Origin: a virus
Reading direction: 5' to 3' (one strand)
Length of the DNA stretch: 64,000 nucleotides
Virus record (IMG/VR): IMGVR_UViG_3300044655_001100
Span: 1-64,000 of that record
The notes under the pieces were generated by a model. That model searched no databases. It saw only the letters and a list, made by a program, of their open reading frames with translations, and was not told the origin of the DNA. The position numbers and the translations under genes were made by a program. This document shows, one piece after another, positions 20,147-30,614 of this stretch (positions within the stretch are counted from its first letter, which is position 1; every line of letters starts with the position of its first letter).

Positions 20147-22237
20147 GTGCCGTTTGCTGAGATCAACCTCGTTCCGAGCGTTAATACTGAGAGTACGCCA
20201 GCAGATAATCCTACGGGCATATCTGAGAGCAATTTCATACGCTGGAAAGGTGCGCTTCCAGAAAAGCGTGGCGGCGCTTCATTATATATTAACGACAGAC
20301 TAGATGGTATCCCAAACGATATTCAGTCTTGGGGTGATTTAGACGGAAAGCCTTATGTTGCTGTCAGTACAGATGAAGAGGTTTATGCCTATTCAACAAT
20401 TAATTCAGCAACAACAATTATTACGCCTCAGTATTTGGTGAGACCGTCTGTTACCCCTATTGTATCTACAATTGCTGGAAGTTCACAAGTTACAATTACA
20501 GATCCATCAGTTCCAAGAATCAGCACTTATGATTATGTGACATTTGATACTCAGTATTACATTGGCGGACTTCTTTTAAACGAAACATATCCTGTAGTAT
20601 CTGGTGGCGGTGTAACAACTTATATAATTAATGTGGCCCCTCAAGTTGCGTCAACTACGACGACAACTGGCCAGCTGCCTGAATTTATTACAGTTCAAGG
20701 TTCAACAGAAATTAAAGTTAATTTTCCACTTGAGTATCAAAATGGTGTATTAGAAGTTGGAACTAAACTTGGATTTGTTGCGCCTACATCTGTTGGTGGG
20801 TTGACCGTTGTTGGTCAATATATAGTTTCAAAGATATTAAGCACAACGCAATTTGTATTCGTTGATAACGAAGTTGCCGCTACAAACGGCACTTCTTTTA
20901 TGAACGGCGGTAATCTTTCTTTACGTTACTGGATAACTCAAGGTCCAACTCTTGTTGGATCTGGGTATGGCACAAATTTATACGGTCAGTATGGATATGG
21001 TGTTGGGTCAAACGAAGCACCCCTTACGGGTAATCCATATCGATCAAACAACTGGTGGCTAGATTCGAGAGGCAATGCCTTAATTGCGTCTGCTTCTGGT
21101 GGCCCAATATTCTTTTACAATACAAATTACGGGTTTAAAAATCTATCTATCTTAAATAAAGCGCCTATTTCCAGTAATGGATCTTTTGTTGCAATGCCTT
21201 ATGGTCATGTCATGGCTTGGGGCTGTTCTGATCCAATTAATCCTGTTCAGTCGCCTCTTTACATAAGATGGTCAGACGCAAATGATCCAAATAACTGGTC
21301 TCTTGCTGGCAACAGTGATGCAGGATTTTACAACGTCCCAACTGGATCTAAGGTTGTAAGAGGCATTCAGGGTCAGACCCAGCAATACTGGTTCACGGAT
21401 ATTGATCTCTATGCCGCTCAATATATCGGATATCCGGGCACATACGGGTTTAATAAAATCGGCAATGGATGTGGTCTTGTTGCGCCAAGGGCCGTGGGCC
21501 TTTTAGCTGGCTCAATTTATTGGATGAGCCAACGCCAATTCTTTGTCTGTCCTCAAGGTGGTTCACCGCAAGCAATTCCGTGTTCTGTTTGGGATTTTAT
21601 ATTTCAAAACATTGATATGAAATATATTGATAAGGTTGTTTGCGGAACGAACTCGCTGTTTAATGAAGTCAATTGGTTTTTCCCGACAATGGGTCAGGGA
21701 GATGGGCCAGATCCAGACAATCCATATAATGGTCTAGCAACTGCTTATGTTTGCTACAATGCCCAATACCAAGAATGGGACTATGGGTTCATGAATCGAA
21801 CTGCATGGTTCGATCAATCACTTGTCGGTGAGCCATTATCTGCCGATCCTGCGGGTTATGTTTATCAGCAAGACACGCAATATAACCAAGCGTTTGGGCC
21901 TCTGACATATCCAATTAATGCTTGGTTTAAAACAGGTTATGTCAGTATAACAAATGGCCAAGATTTAGCATTCGTGGACTGGATTATTCCAGACATGCGT
22001 TGGGGTGAATGGGACCAGCCTCAAGACGCAGACTTATCTATGACTTTTTATGTAACAGATTATGCAGGTCAAGAGCCAAGGGTTCATGGTCCTTATGCCT
22101 TTAACAAGCAGACGCAATTTATCAATCCAAGAATGCGTGGACGATTTATGGCGATAAAAGTTGAAAGTAATGACCTAAATAGTTTCTGGCGTTTGGGTTC
22201 GATACGGTATCGCATCGCTCAGAGCGGGAGACGTTAA
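20147..22237 (+). CDS. Putative tail tube/nozzle (packaged-DNA stabilisation, P22 gp10-like) protein
   Basis: Beta-propeller-like; IRWSD..D...W, FNEVNWFFP, RTAW, WRLG..R...GRR. Confidence 0.65.
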   Translation: MPFAEINLVPSVNTESTPADNPTGISESNFIRWKGALPEKRGGASLYINDRLDGIPNDIQSWGDLDGKPYVAVSTDEEVYAYSTINSATTIITPQYLVRPSVTPIVSTIAGSSQVTITDPSVPRISTYDYVTFDTQYYIGGLLLNETYPVVSGGGVTTYIINVAPQVASTTTTTGQLPEFITVQGSTEIKVNFPLEYQNGVLEVGTKLGFVAPTSVGGLTVVGQYIVSKILSTTQFVFVDNEVAATNGTSFMNGGNLSLRYWITQGPTLVGSGYGTNLYGQYGYGVGSNEAPLTGNPYRSNNWWLDSRGNALIASASGGPIFFYNTNYGFKNLSILNKAPISSNGSFVAMPYGHVMAWGCSDPINPVQSPLYIRWSDANDPNNWSLAGNSDAGFYNVPTGSKVVRGIQGQTQQYWFTDIDLYAAQYIGYPGTYGFNKIGNGCGLVAPRAVGLLAGSIYWMSQRQFFVCPQGGSPQAIPCSVWDFIFQNIDMKYIDKVVCGTNSLFNEVNWFFPTMGQGDGPDPDNPYNGLATAYVCYNAQYQEWDYGFMNRTAWFDQSLVGEPLSADPAGYVYQQDTQYNQAFGPLTYPINAWFKTGYVSITNGQDLAFVDWIIPDMRWGEWDQPQDADLSMTFYVTDYAGQEPRVHGPYAFNKQTQFINPRMRGRFMAIKVESNDLNSFWRLGSIRYRIAQSGRR

Positions 22238-22240
22238 CCC

Positions 22241-22603
22241 ATGGATGCTAATACAACAGCCTTACAGAATTTGGTCATTGCGTATAACCAAAACACAAAG
22301 TCATCGACGAATGTTGCGGGTGAAGTAACATCCATTACTTATATTGGCCCAACACAGGTAGTGGTAAATACAGGGGCTTGTCGCCTTGTAAATGTTTCCC
22401 TTGTTGTTGCTGGCGGCGGAAACGTTAATTTCTACAATTCTCAGGCGTTGGTGGCATTGCCTGCGAATAGTTTACTATATGTTTTGCCTTCAACGGCTAC
22501 TGTAGGTATTACACAGGTTGGATTGCAGTTTTCTAGTGGTTTAATAATTGATGTTCCTGCTGGCGTTTCCATTAATTGCACCTACAGCATCACAAGGTCA
22601 TAA
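22241..22603 (+). CDS. Hypothetical virion protein
   Basis: Beta-rich ORF coupled in the operon. Confidence 0.55.
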   Translation: MDANTTALQNLVIAYNQNTKSSTNVAGEVTSITYIGPTQVVVNTGACRLVNVSLVVAGGGNVNFYNSQALVALPANSLLYVLPSTATVGITQVGLQFSSGLIIDVPAGVSINCTYSITRS

Positions 22604-22608
22604 ATAAA

Positions 22609-23172
22609 ATGCCGTTAAAATCTGGAAAAAGCCAATCTGCAATTAGTTCTAACATTAGAACTGAAATGGATGCTGGTAAGCCGCAAAAACAGGCTGTGGC
22701 AATCGCCTTGAACACGGCTCGTAAAGCCATGGAAAAGGGTGGCTCTCCAGATGATAAGAAAGTTTATCACGGGCCTTTGAAGGCGGCTATTCCGGGGCGC
22801 ACGGATAGAATGCCTATTCATGTGACAAGTGGTAGCTATGTTCTTCCGGCTGATATTGTAAGTGGCCTAGCTGAAGGAAATACGGAAGCTGGCTACGAGA
22901 TCATTAAAAAAATGATTGAGGAAGCTAAGGCAAAGGGTGGAAGCGTAGGATTAACAAAGAAGTATGGTCTCAATGGTTTGTATCATGAGCCCAGATCCAA
23001 AGTTGCTGTGCTGGTTGCTGGAGGGGAATATATCCTTTCTCCCGAAGAGGTAGAGGCATTTGGCGATGGCGATTTAGATGCTGGTCACAAGGTGCTGGAT
23101 AATTTTGTTAAATCCCAGCGTCAAAAGACGATTAAAACACTCAAAAAGCTGCCTGGCCCGGCCAAGGACTGA
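22609..23172 (+). CDS. Conserved hypothetical protein with two xxGG...G(S/E)Y(V/I)L modules
   Basis: MPLKSGKS...AVAIAL start; EKGG...PGRTD...[10 protein letters not shown]; AKGG...[10 protein letters not shown]; ATG at 22609. Confidence 0.65.
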   Translation: MPLKSGKSQSAISSNIRTEMDAGKPQKQAVAIALNTARKAMEKGGSPDDKKVYHGPLKAAIPGRTDRMPIHVTSGSYVLPADIVSGLAEGNTEAGYEIIKKMIEEAKAKGGSVGLTKKYGLNGLYHEPRSKVAVLVAGGEYILSPEEVEAFGDGDLDAGHKVLDNFVKSQRQKTIKTLKKLPGPAKD

Positions 23173-23175
23173 TGT

Positions 23176-23204
23176 TTGATTCTATTAGTGTTTAAGGGTA
23201 TAAT
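23176..23204 (+). promoter_or_regulatory. Sigma70-like promoter
   Basis: TTGATT-N17-TATAAT upstream of the GNAT gene. Confidence 0.55.
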
Positions 23205-23235
23205 TGTAGGTTAAACCTCACAAAAGGCATAGATA

Positions 23236-23715
23236 ATGATTTCGTTTGATGATTGTCCAGATGTTCGGTTAGCCGATATTGAGGACATCCCGTCAATCAT
23301 GACCCTAACTCGCCTAGCGGCTGAGGAAGACGCTCAGCATCCTTATGACCCTGAAAAGGTTTGGAATGTCGTACGTCGTCATTATGAGAAAACAGGCGGA
23401 CTTGTTGCTGTAGCTGGCCCCAAGGGTGAGCCAGTGCGTGGTTTCTTAATTATGATTGTAGATGAGATTTGGTATAGCCCAGATTATCAGCTTTTGGAGT
23501 TGAGTTTATTTGTGGCGCCTGAACATCGCAAATCGACATTAGCTAAGCAGCTAATGGCCTTCTCCAAGGCGGCTTCTGAAGGTTTAAAATTAGATCTTAC
23601 GATTGGTGTTCTTTCAAATGAGAGAACATCTGCGAAAGTTCGTCTGTATCAAAGACAGTTTAAAACAGCGGGTGCCTATTTTGTTTATAGGCCACAGTCG
23701 GCAGTTAATGGTTAA
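23236..23715 (+). CDS. GNAT-fold acetyltransferase-like protein
   Basis: VRLADIEDI...LFVAPEHRKSTLA...RLY. Confidence 0.7.
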   Translation: MISFDDCPDVRLADIEDIPSIMTLTRLAAEEDAQHPYDPEKVWNVVRRHYEKTGGLVAVAGPKGEPVRGFLIMIVDEIWYSPDYQLLELSLFVAPEHRKSTLAKQLMAFSKAASEGLKLDLTIGVLSNERTSAKVRLYQRQFKTAGAYFVYRPQSAVNG

Positions 23716-24370
23716 GGGTGATATATTGTTTAAGATTTGCAGATGCTGTAAATCAGAGAAGCCTTTATCTGACTTTTCAAAAAGAAGTCGGGAAAAGGAT
23801 GGTTTAAATTATTATTGCAAATCATGCGAAGCAGATCGTGTTAAAGAATGGCGTCAAAAAAATCCAGACAAAAAACAAGCGCAGAGCCGTAAATGGAAAC
23901 AGGAAAACCCTGAGAAGGTGAAAATTTCTTCAGCTAAGCGTTATGAAAAGAAAAAAGATGACATTTTGTCTAAAAGTAAAGAATGGAAAGAAAATAATAA
24001 GGAATATTTGAGCCAAAAGCGCAAAGAAGATTATAAAGCCAATAAAGAAATAGAATTGGCTAAACAAAAAAAATATCGCCAAACTCATAGGCCAAAGTTA
24101 AATGCAAAAGCTGCTTCCGAAAGAGCAGCAAAAAAACAAGCTACGCCTAAATGGCTTACGGTAGACCATAAAACATTTATAGAGATTCAATATCAAATGG
24201 CGAAGCTATTAGAAGATAGAATGGGTATAGAATATCATGTTGATCATATTCACCCACTTCAAAATGAGAGCGTCTGCGGCCTTCATGTGCCATGGAATCT
24301 TCGTGTAATTCCTGCCGTCGATAATATTCGTAAGGGCAACAAGTTAATAGGAGGCGACCTTGGGAAGTAA
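23708..24370 (+). CDS. HNH homing endonuclease
   Basis: N-terminal CxxC zinc ribbon; ATPKW...YHVDHIHPLQ...VCGLHVPWNL...DN. Confidence 0.85.
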   Translation: MVKGDILFKICRCCKSEKPLSDFSKRSREKDGLNYYCKSCEADRVKEWRQKNPDKKQAQSRKWKQENPEKVKISSAKRYEKKKDDILSKSKEWKENNKEYLSQKRKEDYKANKEIELAKQKKYRQTHRPKLNAKAASERAAKKQATPKWLTVDHKTFIEIQYQMAKLLEDRMGIEYHVDHIHPLQNESVCGLHVPWNLRVIPAVDNIRKGNKLIGGDLGK

Positions 24371-27300
24371 AGGTGGCGGCGGTGGCGGAAGCGGCTCAAA
24401 CAGCTTCGGGTTTAGCAGCGGTACGTCTACATTTACGCCTAACCCGCAAGCTATGGCAGCTTTCCAGCAGTCATTAGGCTTGGCGCAGAACGCTGTTTCA
24501 CGCCCATACGAGCCCTACCAGGGGCAAATGGTTGCTGGTTTTACACCAGACCAGATGGCTGCAATGCAGGGTGTTCGTAATACGCAGGGTATTGCACAGC
24601 CATATATTAATACTGCTACAAATCTTACAGGACAGGCAGTAGATTATTCTAATCCTGCTAACTTTAATCAATATTCCTTAAATCAATATATGAATCCGTA
24701 TCAACAAAGTGTTGTTGATGCGACGATGAAGCAGTTGGCGCAGACACAAGCGCAAGCTGAACAACAAGCTCAAGGAAGATCTGCATTACAGGGAACATTT
24801 GGTGGGTCTGGACAATATTTAGGTCGTGCTGAAGTAGCCAGACAGCAAGGTTTGGCGCAAGCGCAAACACTTGCTCAGTTGAATGCTCAGAATTATCAGC
24901 AAGCTCAGAACCAGTATAATCAGCAACAGCAGCAAGCTATTCAGACTGCGCAGAACGCTGCTTATGGTTTGGGTCAGCTTGGCAATATGGCTCAAGCTAC
25001 ATCTCTTACTGGTATCAATTCGTTGCTACAATCTGGTTCTCTCCAGCAGCAACTGGCTCAGCAACAACTTACTGGCGCTTACAATCAGTGGCTCCAAGCA
25101 AAAGCATACCCTTATCAGCAAGCGGCTTTTTACTCAGGCATTGCATCTGGTATTGGCCCAAGCATGGGTGGAACAACTACCTATTCTGGCATCAACATGG
25201 GCCAGCAACAGCAAATGGGTGGTGGTGGAGGCGGTGGTGGCGGTGGCGGTGCTGGTGCAATTTCTTCTGTCATGTCTATGCTTCCAGCAATGTTCTCTGA
25301 TGAGGACGAAAAGACAGACAAAAAGAAACTTGGCAAAGATCCAGAAACTGGTCTGGATATGTATGCCTATCGATACAAAGGTGATCCTAAATCATATCCA
25401 AAAGTCGTTGGGCCTATGGCTCAGGATGTTGAAGAAAAATATCCTGGCTTTGTTTATGATATCGGCGGCAAGAAAGTCGTTTCTGACGGCGAAAGGTTTA
25501 TGCCGCGTGAAGGCCGTGCAACTGGTGGCTCATCCGCTGGTTCAGCTTCAACGGGTTCTACTGGATCGACAGCATCTACATCAACGGCTGCAAGATCTTC
25601 CAATGCCTCTGCGACTGCACCAACAGATGTGTATGCCGCACCATCTATGAGTTATGAATCTGCGGCGCCTATGGCTGGATCTTCCCAAGCTATGGCTTCG
25701 GAAGCTATTGACCCAGGAACTGCGCAGTTCTTAAAGGGTTTCTTAGATCCGCAAACAGCTAATGAAATTGCAAGAGCTAAATGGGTTTCTAAAGGAACTG
25801 AAACCCGTACAGCACCAGAAGATTCTTTTGGATATTTTTCAAATCTAGCCAATTATGCTGAAGGTGGTAGAGTTGAGTATGCTCATGGTGGCGGAAATGC
25901 GGGTGGCCCTTGGGGTGAATTGCCAGCACAAGTTAATCCAAGCCCATTATCTGGTTTAGGCCCAGTTGGTCAACTTCCACTTGCAACAGGTAAAGATACA
26001 CCTGGTTCATTGGGAGATATGAACAAAGGCTCTAAACTGATGTTTGGCGCCAATCCTATTGATAGCCCAATGGGATCTTTTGCCCTTGCTGCAGTTCCAT
26101 CTGCTTCTATGGCTCCATCCAATCTACCAGCTGAAGCTGAAAAACTTGCTAAGGCTGCGACACCTCCGAAGGCTGCAAGCACAGAGCACTTTTCTAAGCA
26201 AGGTGCTGAGATGGCTAAGTCTCAAGCTGCATCTGCTGTTCCAAAGGGTGGTGGAGGAGGTGGCAGTTCTGGTGGTGGCGGCGGTGGTATGCCGAAAATG
26301 CCAAGCATGAAGGGTCATGGTTCTCAAGCTGCGATTAGCAAACAAGCTAGTGGCAATCAGAGCGGTATCCCTTCTGAAAACACACCAAATACGGCAACTC
26401 AATCGCCAGAAGATCAAAAGGAACAAACGCAACCAACTCCAGAGTCACAAGACGCTAAGATCCCAGAATCAAACCAACCAATGGCTGAAGGGGCGCCTCC
26501 AGAAGCTGCTGGCGCCGAAGGTGGTGGTGAAGGCTTTGGTGGCATGGAAGGTGGCGCTGAAGCTGCTGTACCAGAGGCTCCCGCTCCAGAAGCTCCCGCC
26601 CCTGAAATGGGTGGCGGTGATATGGGTGGTGGCATGGGCGGCTTCCAAGACCTGTTTAGCGGCTTTGGTGGTTTCTTTGCTGATGGTGGACGTATCCATA
26701 AAGACGGCGGCGGTTTAATTCCAATGGGTAACGACGCTTTTGGTCGCCCAATGCCAGACTTTGACATGGAGCATGCCCTATTGATGGGACCGACAGTGTT
26801 AGATGCTGAAAGAAAAAGACGCCGAGGTTTTGATGGTGGCGGCGCTGCTGGTGCTGGTGGACCAGGCAGTGCTAGCGGATTTGGCCCAACTGGAGATCTA
26901 GGAGAGATTACACCTTCAGGTCTTGCTGAGGCTGGTGGTGTTGGCCCGTCTTCATTGCTTGGACAGCCCGGTGCAGGACTTGGGCAATTAACACTTGGCG
27001 TTGGTAATAAGCCGTCAGATCTTGCTGGGTTTGGCAAGCTAAAAGCAGGTCAAGAACAGCGCACAGGTAACGATCTTACCCAAGGCTGGATGCAGCAATA
27101 TAGAGACGAATATAAAGGTGGGCCTCAAAAGACACCAAAAGAGCAGGGTATGCCAGACATGCCTGATGCTGATTATTATAAAACACCTTTAAATATTTCC
27201 GATATCAGCATTGGTTCTAACGGGACGCCTAATCCTGGTGGAATTTCCTACACGCCAATTATGACTGGCATGAAGGGCAGTGGAATAGGATTATTCCCAA

Positions 27301-30300
27301 CATTTAATCCACCTACCAATGGGTCAGATTATAATGATACGTCTAAAATGTTCCAAGCACCAAAAACAAACGGAAAGGTGCAGGGATATTATACTGGTCT
27401 TGGTAGCCAGCAAGTAAATCCAGATAGTGGTTTATTTAATATTGATTACCTAGCACCATACTACGGCGGCTTCTATAAGGATGGTGGCCGTGTAGGTATG
27501 AAGGATGGTGGTACGCCTAAGCTTTCGACAATGGATCTAATCAAGATCCTTACTAAGCAAGGTGCAACACCTCAAGAAGCTATTATGCTTTCTTCTATTG
27601 CACATCCTGAAAGCGGCATGAATCCGTATGCGCATAATCCGAATGCTCGTACGGGTGATAATTCATACGGTCTTTTCCAAATCAATATGCTTGGTGGAAT
27701 GGGGCCAGAACGTCTTAAAAAGTTTGGATTAAAGAGCGCCAACGATTTGTATGACCCAAACACAAATGCTCGTGTCGCCTTGCAAATGCTGCGTGAAAGA
27801 GGAAGCCCAAAGGATTGGACGACTTGGACTAGTGGTAAGAACAAACCATTCTTATCGCAATCAAAGGAGGCGATGGCTGAATATTTGAACAATCCAAATA
27901 TTCGCAATGCACCAGTTAATTTTGAGTTCAATAAAGATCTTCCAGCAATGGCTCAAAAAGGAGCCTATGGATACATAGCACCCAGCGAAAGAGTTGCATC
28001 ATCTGGGTCTGGTCAGCTTCCGCTTAGCCAAGACAGTGAGCAGCATGGTTTCTTGATGGATATTCTTAATGGAATATTCGGAGATAAGGGTTTGCTCGGT
28101 GGCATAGCCAATGAAATATTTGGCCCAGAACAAGCTGCTGCTGCTCCAAGTGCTGCTAGAACGGCTCCTGCAAGTAGAGAAACGGCACCTGTTTCTAGAG
28201 ATGAAGCATCTGCTACAGCACAGCCAGCAGCTGCTGACTTTGCGCATGTTTATACACCTCCCGCTCCAACCGCACCTGCCGGAAGCACTCTTGGACAGTT
28301 AAATCCAGATGATCCTTCTGGCCCACTAAAACCAGTTGAGACGCAGGAAACACCATCTGTAGGCTTCAGCACAATGCAACCAGCTGAACCTGGCAGCAGA
28401 TTTGATGTTCTTCAGAAGTTACAGAATGCTCCTCAACCAGATCGTCGTGCAGAAGCTGAGGAAGCTTCTCAGACATTTTCCGCTCTTGAGGCTCCCCCAT
28501 CAGATTCAAATGAAACACCAGATCAAGGTGCTGAACAAGCTGCTAAGAAAGGTGGCCGTATTCGCAAGAAGTACGCTACGGATGGTGAAGTAAAAAAAGA
28601 CGCACCAGAAGAAAAAGAGCCAAAAGCTCAATCTGGCGAAGTAACTTACGATGTCCCTAAATTTGTTGCACCTTCATCACTTCAGCAAAGCCAGCCTTCG
28701 CAAGAAGGATTTGGTGGGTTGTTTGGTGATCAAGGTGGACAGGATTTCTACACTCGCTGGAAAACAAATCCTCTTTCTCAGTTGCTTTACCACCTAGGCC
28801 AAGGTGCTATGGCTCATCCTAATGCAAGTGTAGGCGAAGCTTTATTAGCTGGCGTTCCTCATGCGATGCAGGGATTTGCTAGTGCTATGCAGGATCAAAG
28901 AGCTCTTGCCGCTGAACAAGCTAAGAAACAACATGCAATAGATTTCGCTCTTGGTCTTAACAGGGCTGCTAATGAAGCCGTTCAAGAACGAGCTCATGGT
29001 GGTATGGTTAGGCATGGCTATGCAACTGATGGCGCCGTTGAGGGCGATTTCCTAAGTGACCTTGGCAATATGTTTGGTGGTGCGGAGCAAGCCTCTCCTG
29101 CTCCAAGCGCCGCTCCTGCCCAAGAGCAAGGTGGTCTATTTGACGGCATCTTTGGTGGTGCCGAAGAACCAGTTGCGGCCACTCAACGTGCTCCAAGAGC
29201 GGTTGCACAAGTTCCTCAAGAAGCTGGTTTCTTTGACCAGATCTTTGGTGGCCCAGAACCACAAGCTGCTGCCCCACAACCACAGCAGGAAAGAGGCTTC
29301 CTAGAAGATGTCTTTGGTGGCCCAGAGCAAGAAGCTGCACCACAGCGTCAAGCTGCTAGACCTGTAGCCACAGACAGGCAGTCTCGTGGGTTGATGGACG
29401 ATATATTTGGTTGGGATCAAGAAGAGCCTAGGGCTGCTCCAGCTAAGGCTCCTATTGTGGCCACAGATGAGAAGCCAGAAGCTCCTGCCACTGCTCCTAG
29501 GACTGCCCCGGTATCTGAGGGCCAGCCACCAGTGGCTCCAGCTGAAGGTACGAAACCAACTGAACCTAAGACAGAAGCTCCCGTGTCCACAGGACCAGCT
29601 GAGTTTGCTGGGCCTCTTTATCAGCACCCAATGCTTAAAGCATACGATAAGCAGATAAATGCTGCTCGTAATTATCCGGTAGTGACAAGAGAAGATGTTC
29701 TTGCCCGTGATAAGTTTGTTGCAGATCTAGAGCGTCAGAAAAAGAATACCTTTGATCAATTAAAGGACGATAGAGATTTTAGAGAAAAGCAAGAAGCAAA
29801 GAAAGCTACTCAATTAGCTGCTGAAGAAAAGGCAAAAGCTAAAGCGCAAGCAGATACTCCTGCTATGGGCAGAGCAAGAACTCAAGGTTCCAAAGAAATT
29901 GAAAAAGAAAAAGACATTACTGAAGTAGCCAAAGGAACTATGGGAGTTGCTAAAAAATATGCCGATGCGTTGAATGTAATTCAGTCTGGAGGCTGGACAG
30001 AAAAGAAGCTTGCATTGCTGGCCGAAACCCCGTCATTTATGCGTTCGCCAGAAGATGAGAAGCTTGTTGATGCTTATAATATCATTAACAAAACAGGCCC
30101 AGAGGCATTGGCTGCATATGTCAAGCAGTTCCCTGGACAGGTGAGAGTTGCAGAATTCACCATAGCTAAACAAGGCTTGCCAAGTCTTAAGAATAATCCA
30201 GAAGCCAATAAAGTTATTATTGCTCAAATGATGGGTAAATCTCAAAGACAGCAAGATAGATATGAGCATTTAAATAAGCTTCTGGAGAAGAATCCTAGCC

Positions 30301-30614
30301 CTATGGCTAATGAAGTTCAGAGCTATATGGAAAAGTGGGATAAAGATCCAAAGCATTCTCCTGAACATTATGAGCATGAGATTAAAAAACACCTTGGCAT
30401 CAAAGGTTCAAAGCCAGAAGTAGTTGAACCCAGCCAAGTTAAAGAACTAGAGCAAATGGGCATTAAAGGCGCCAAGTCGTATGGTATGCCTAAAGAAGCA
30501 AATGCTCCGAAGGCTGAAGGAGCTCCTCCTGCCCTAGAAGCAGGACATGAAGAGGGTGGTTATAGATTCAAAGGTGGCAACCCAGCAGATCAAAGCTCTT
30601 GGGAGAAAATCTAA
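24360..30614 (+). CDS. Large DNA ejection/internal virion protein with S74-like and lytic transglycosylase domains
   Basis: GGAGG SD plus TTG start; Gln-rich pilot region (YMNPYQQ..V); SD..EK..YRYK..GPMAQDV; ESG...SYGLFQIN...DP..N..A at ~27530-27835. Confidence 0.8.
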   Translation: MGSKGGGGGGSGSNSFGFSSGTSTFTPNPQAMAAFQQSLGLAQNAVSRPYEPYQGQMVAGFTPDQMAAMQGVRNTQGIAQPYINTATNLTGQAVDYSNPANFNQYSLNQYMNPYQQSVVDATMKQLAQTQAQAEQQAQGRSALQGTFGGSGQYLGRAEVARQQGLAQAQTLAQLNAQNYQQAQNQYNQQQQQAIQTAQNAAYGLGQLGNMAQATSLTGINSLLQSGSLQQQLAQQQLTGAYNQWLQAKAYPYQQAAFYSGIASGIGPSMGGTTTYSGINMGQQQQMGGGGGGGGGGGAGAISSVMSMLPAMFSDEDEKTDKKKLGKDPETGLDMYAYRYKGDPKSYPKVVGPMAQDVEEKYPGFVYDIGGKKVVSDGERFMPREGRATGGSSAGSASTGSTGSTASTSTAARSSNASATAPTDVYAAPSMSYESAAPMAGSSQAMASEAIDPGTAQFLKGFLDPQTANEIARAKWVSKGTETRTAPEDSFGYFSNLANYAEGGRVEYAHGGGNAGGPWGELPAQVNPSPLSGLGPVGQLPLATGKDTPGSLGDMNKGSKLMFGANPIDSPMGSFALAAVPSASMAPSNLPAEAEKLAKAATPPKAASTEHFSKQGAEMAKSQAASAVPKGGGGGGSSGGGGGGMPKMPSMKGHGSQAAISKQASGNQSGIPSENTPNTATQSPEDQKEQTQPTPESQDAKIPESNQPMAEGAPPEAAGAEGGGEGFGGMEGGAEAAVPEAPAPEAPAPEMGGGDMGGGMGGFQDLFSGFGGFFADGGRIHKDGGGLIPMGNDAFGRPMPDFDMEHALLMGPTVLDAERKRRRGFDGGGAAGAGGPGSASGFGPTGDLGEITPSGLAEAGGVGPSSLLGQPGAGLGQLTLGVGNKPSDLAGFGKLKAGQEQRTGNDLTQGWMQQYRDEYKGGPQKTPKEQGMPDMPDADYYKTPLNISDISIGSNGTPNPGGISYTPIMTGMKGSGIGLFPTFNPPTNGSDYNDTSKMFQAPKTNGKVQGYYTGLGSQQVNPDSGLFNIDYLAPYYGGFYKDGGRVGMKDGGTPKLSTMDLIKILTKQGATPQEAIMLSSIAHPESGMNPYAHNPNARTGDNSYGLFQINMLGGMGPERLKKFGLKSANDLYDPNTNARVALQMLRERGSPKDWTTWTSGKNKPFLSQSKEAMAEYLNNPNIRNAPVNFEFNKDLPAMAQKGAYGYIAPSERVASSGSGQLPLSQDSEQHGFLMDILNGIFGDKGLLGGIANEIFGPEQAAAAPSAARTAPASRETAPVSRDEASATAQPAAADFAHVYTPPAPTAPAGSTLGQLNPDDPSGPLKPVETQETPSVGFSTMQPAEPGSRFDVLQKLQNAPQPDRRAEAEEASQTFSALEAPPSDSNETPDQGAEQAAKKGGRIRKKYATDGEVKKDAPEEKEPKAQSGEVTYDVPKFVAPSSLQQSQPSQEGFGGLFGDQGGQDFYTRWKTNPLSQLLYHLGQGAMAHPNASVGEALLAGVPHAMQGFASAMQDQRALAAEQAKKQHAIDFALGLNRAANEAVQERAHGGMVRHGYATDGAVEGDFLSDLGNMFGGAEQASPAPSAAPAQEQGGLFDGIFGGAEEPVAATQRAPRAVAQVPQEAGFFDQIFGGPEPQAAAPQPQQERGFLEDVFGGPEQEAAPQRQAARPVATDRQSRGLMDDIFGWDQEEPRAAPAKAPIVATDEKPEAPATAPRTAPVSEGQPPVAPAEGTKPTEPKTEAPVSTGPAEFAGPLYQHPMLKAYDKQINAARNYPVVTREDVLARDKFVADLERQKKNTFDQLKDDRDFREKQEAKKATQLAAEEKAKAKAQADTPAMGRARTQGSKEIEKEKDITEVAKGTMGVAKKYADALNVIQSGGWTEKKLALLAETPSFMRSPEDEKLVDAYNIINKTGPEALAAYVKQFPGQVRVAEFTIAKQGLPSLKNNPEANKVIIAQMMGKSQRQQDRYEHLNKLLEKNPSPMANEVQSYMEKWDKDPKHSPEHYEHEIKKHLGIKGSKPEVVEPSQVKELEQMGIKGAKSYGMPKEANAPKAEGAPPALEAGHEEGGYRFKGGNPADQSSWEKI

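Noticed and set aside
24883-25650. 255-aa same-strand alternative-frame ORF in the ejection gene
   Set aside because: Leu/Ser/Val-rich shadow of Gln/Ala codons with no recognisable motif, unlike the nested MTase chains.
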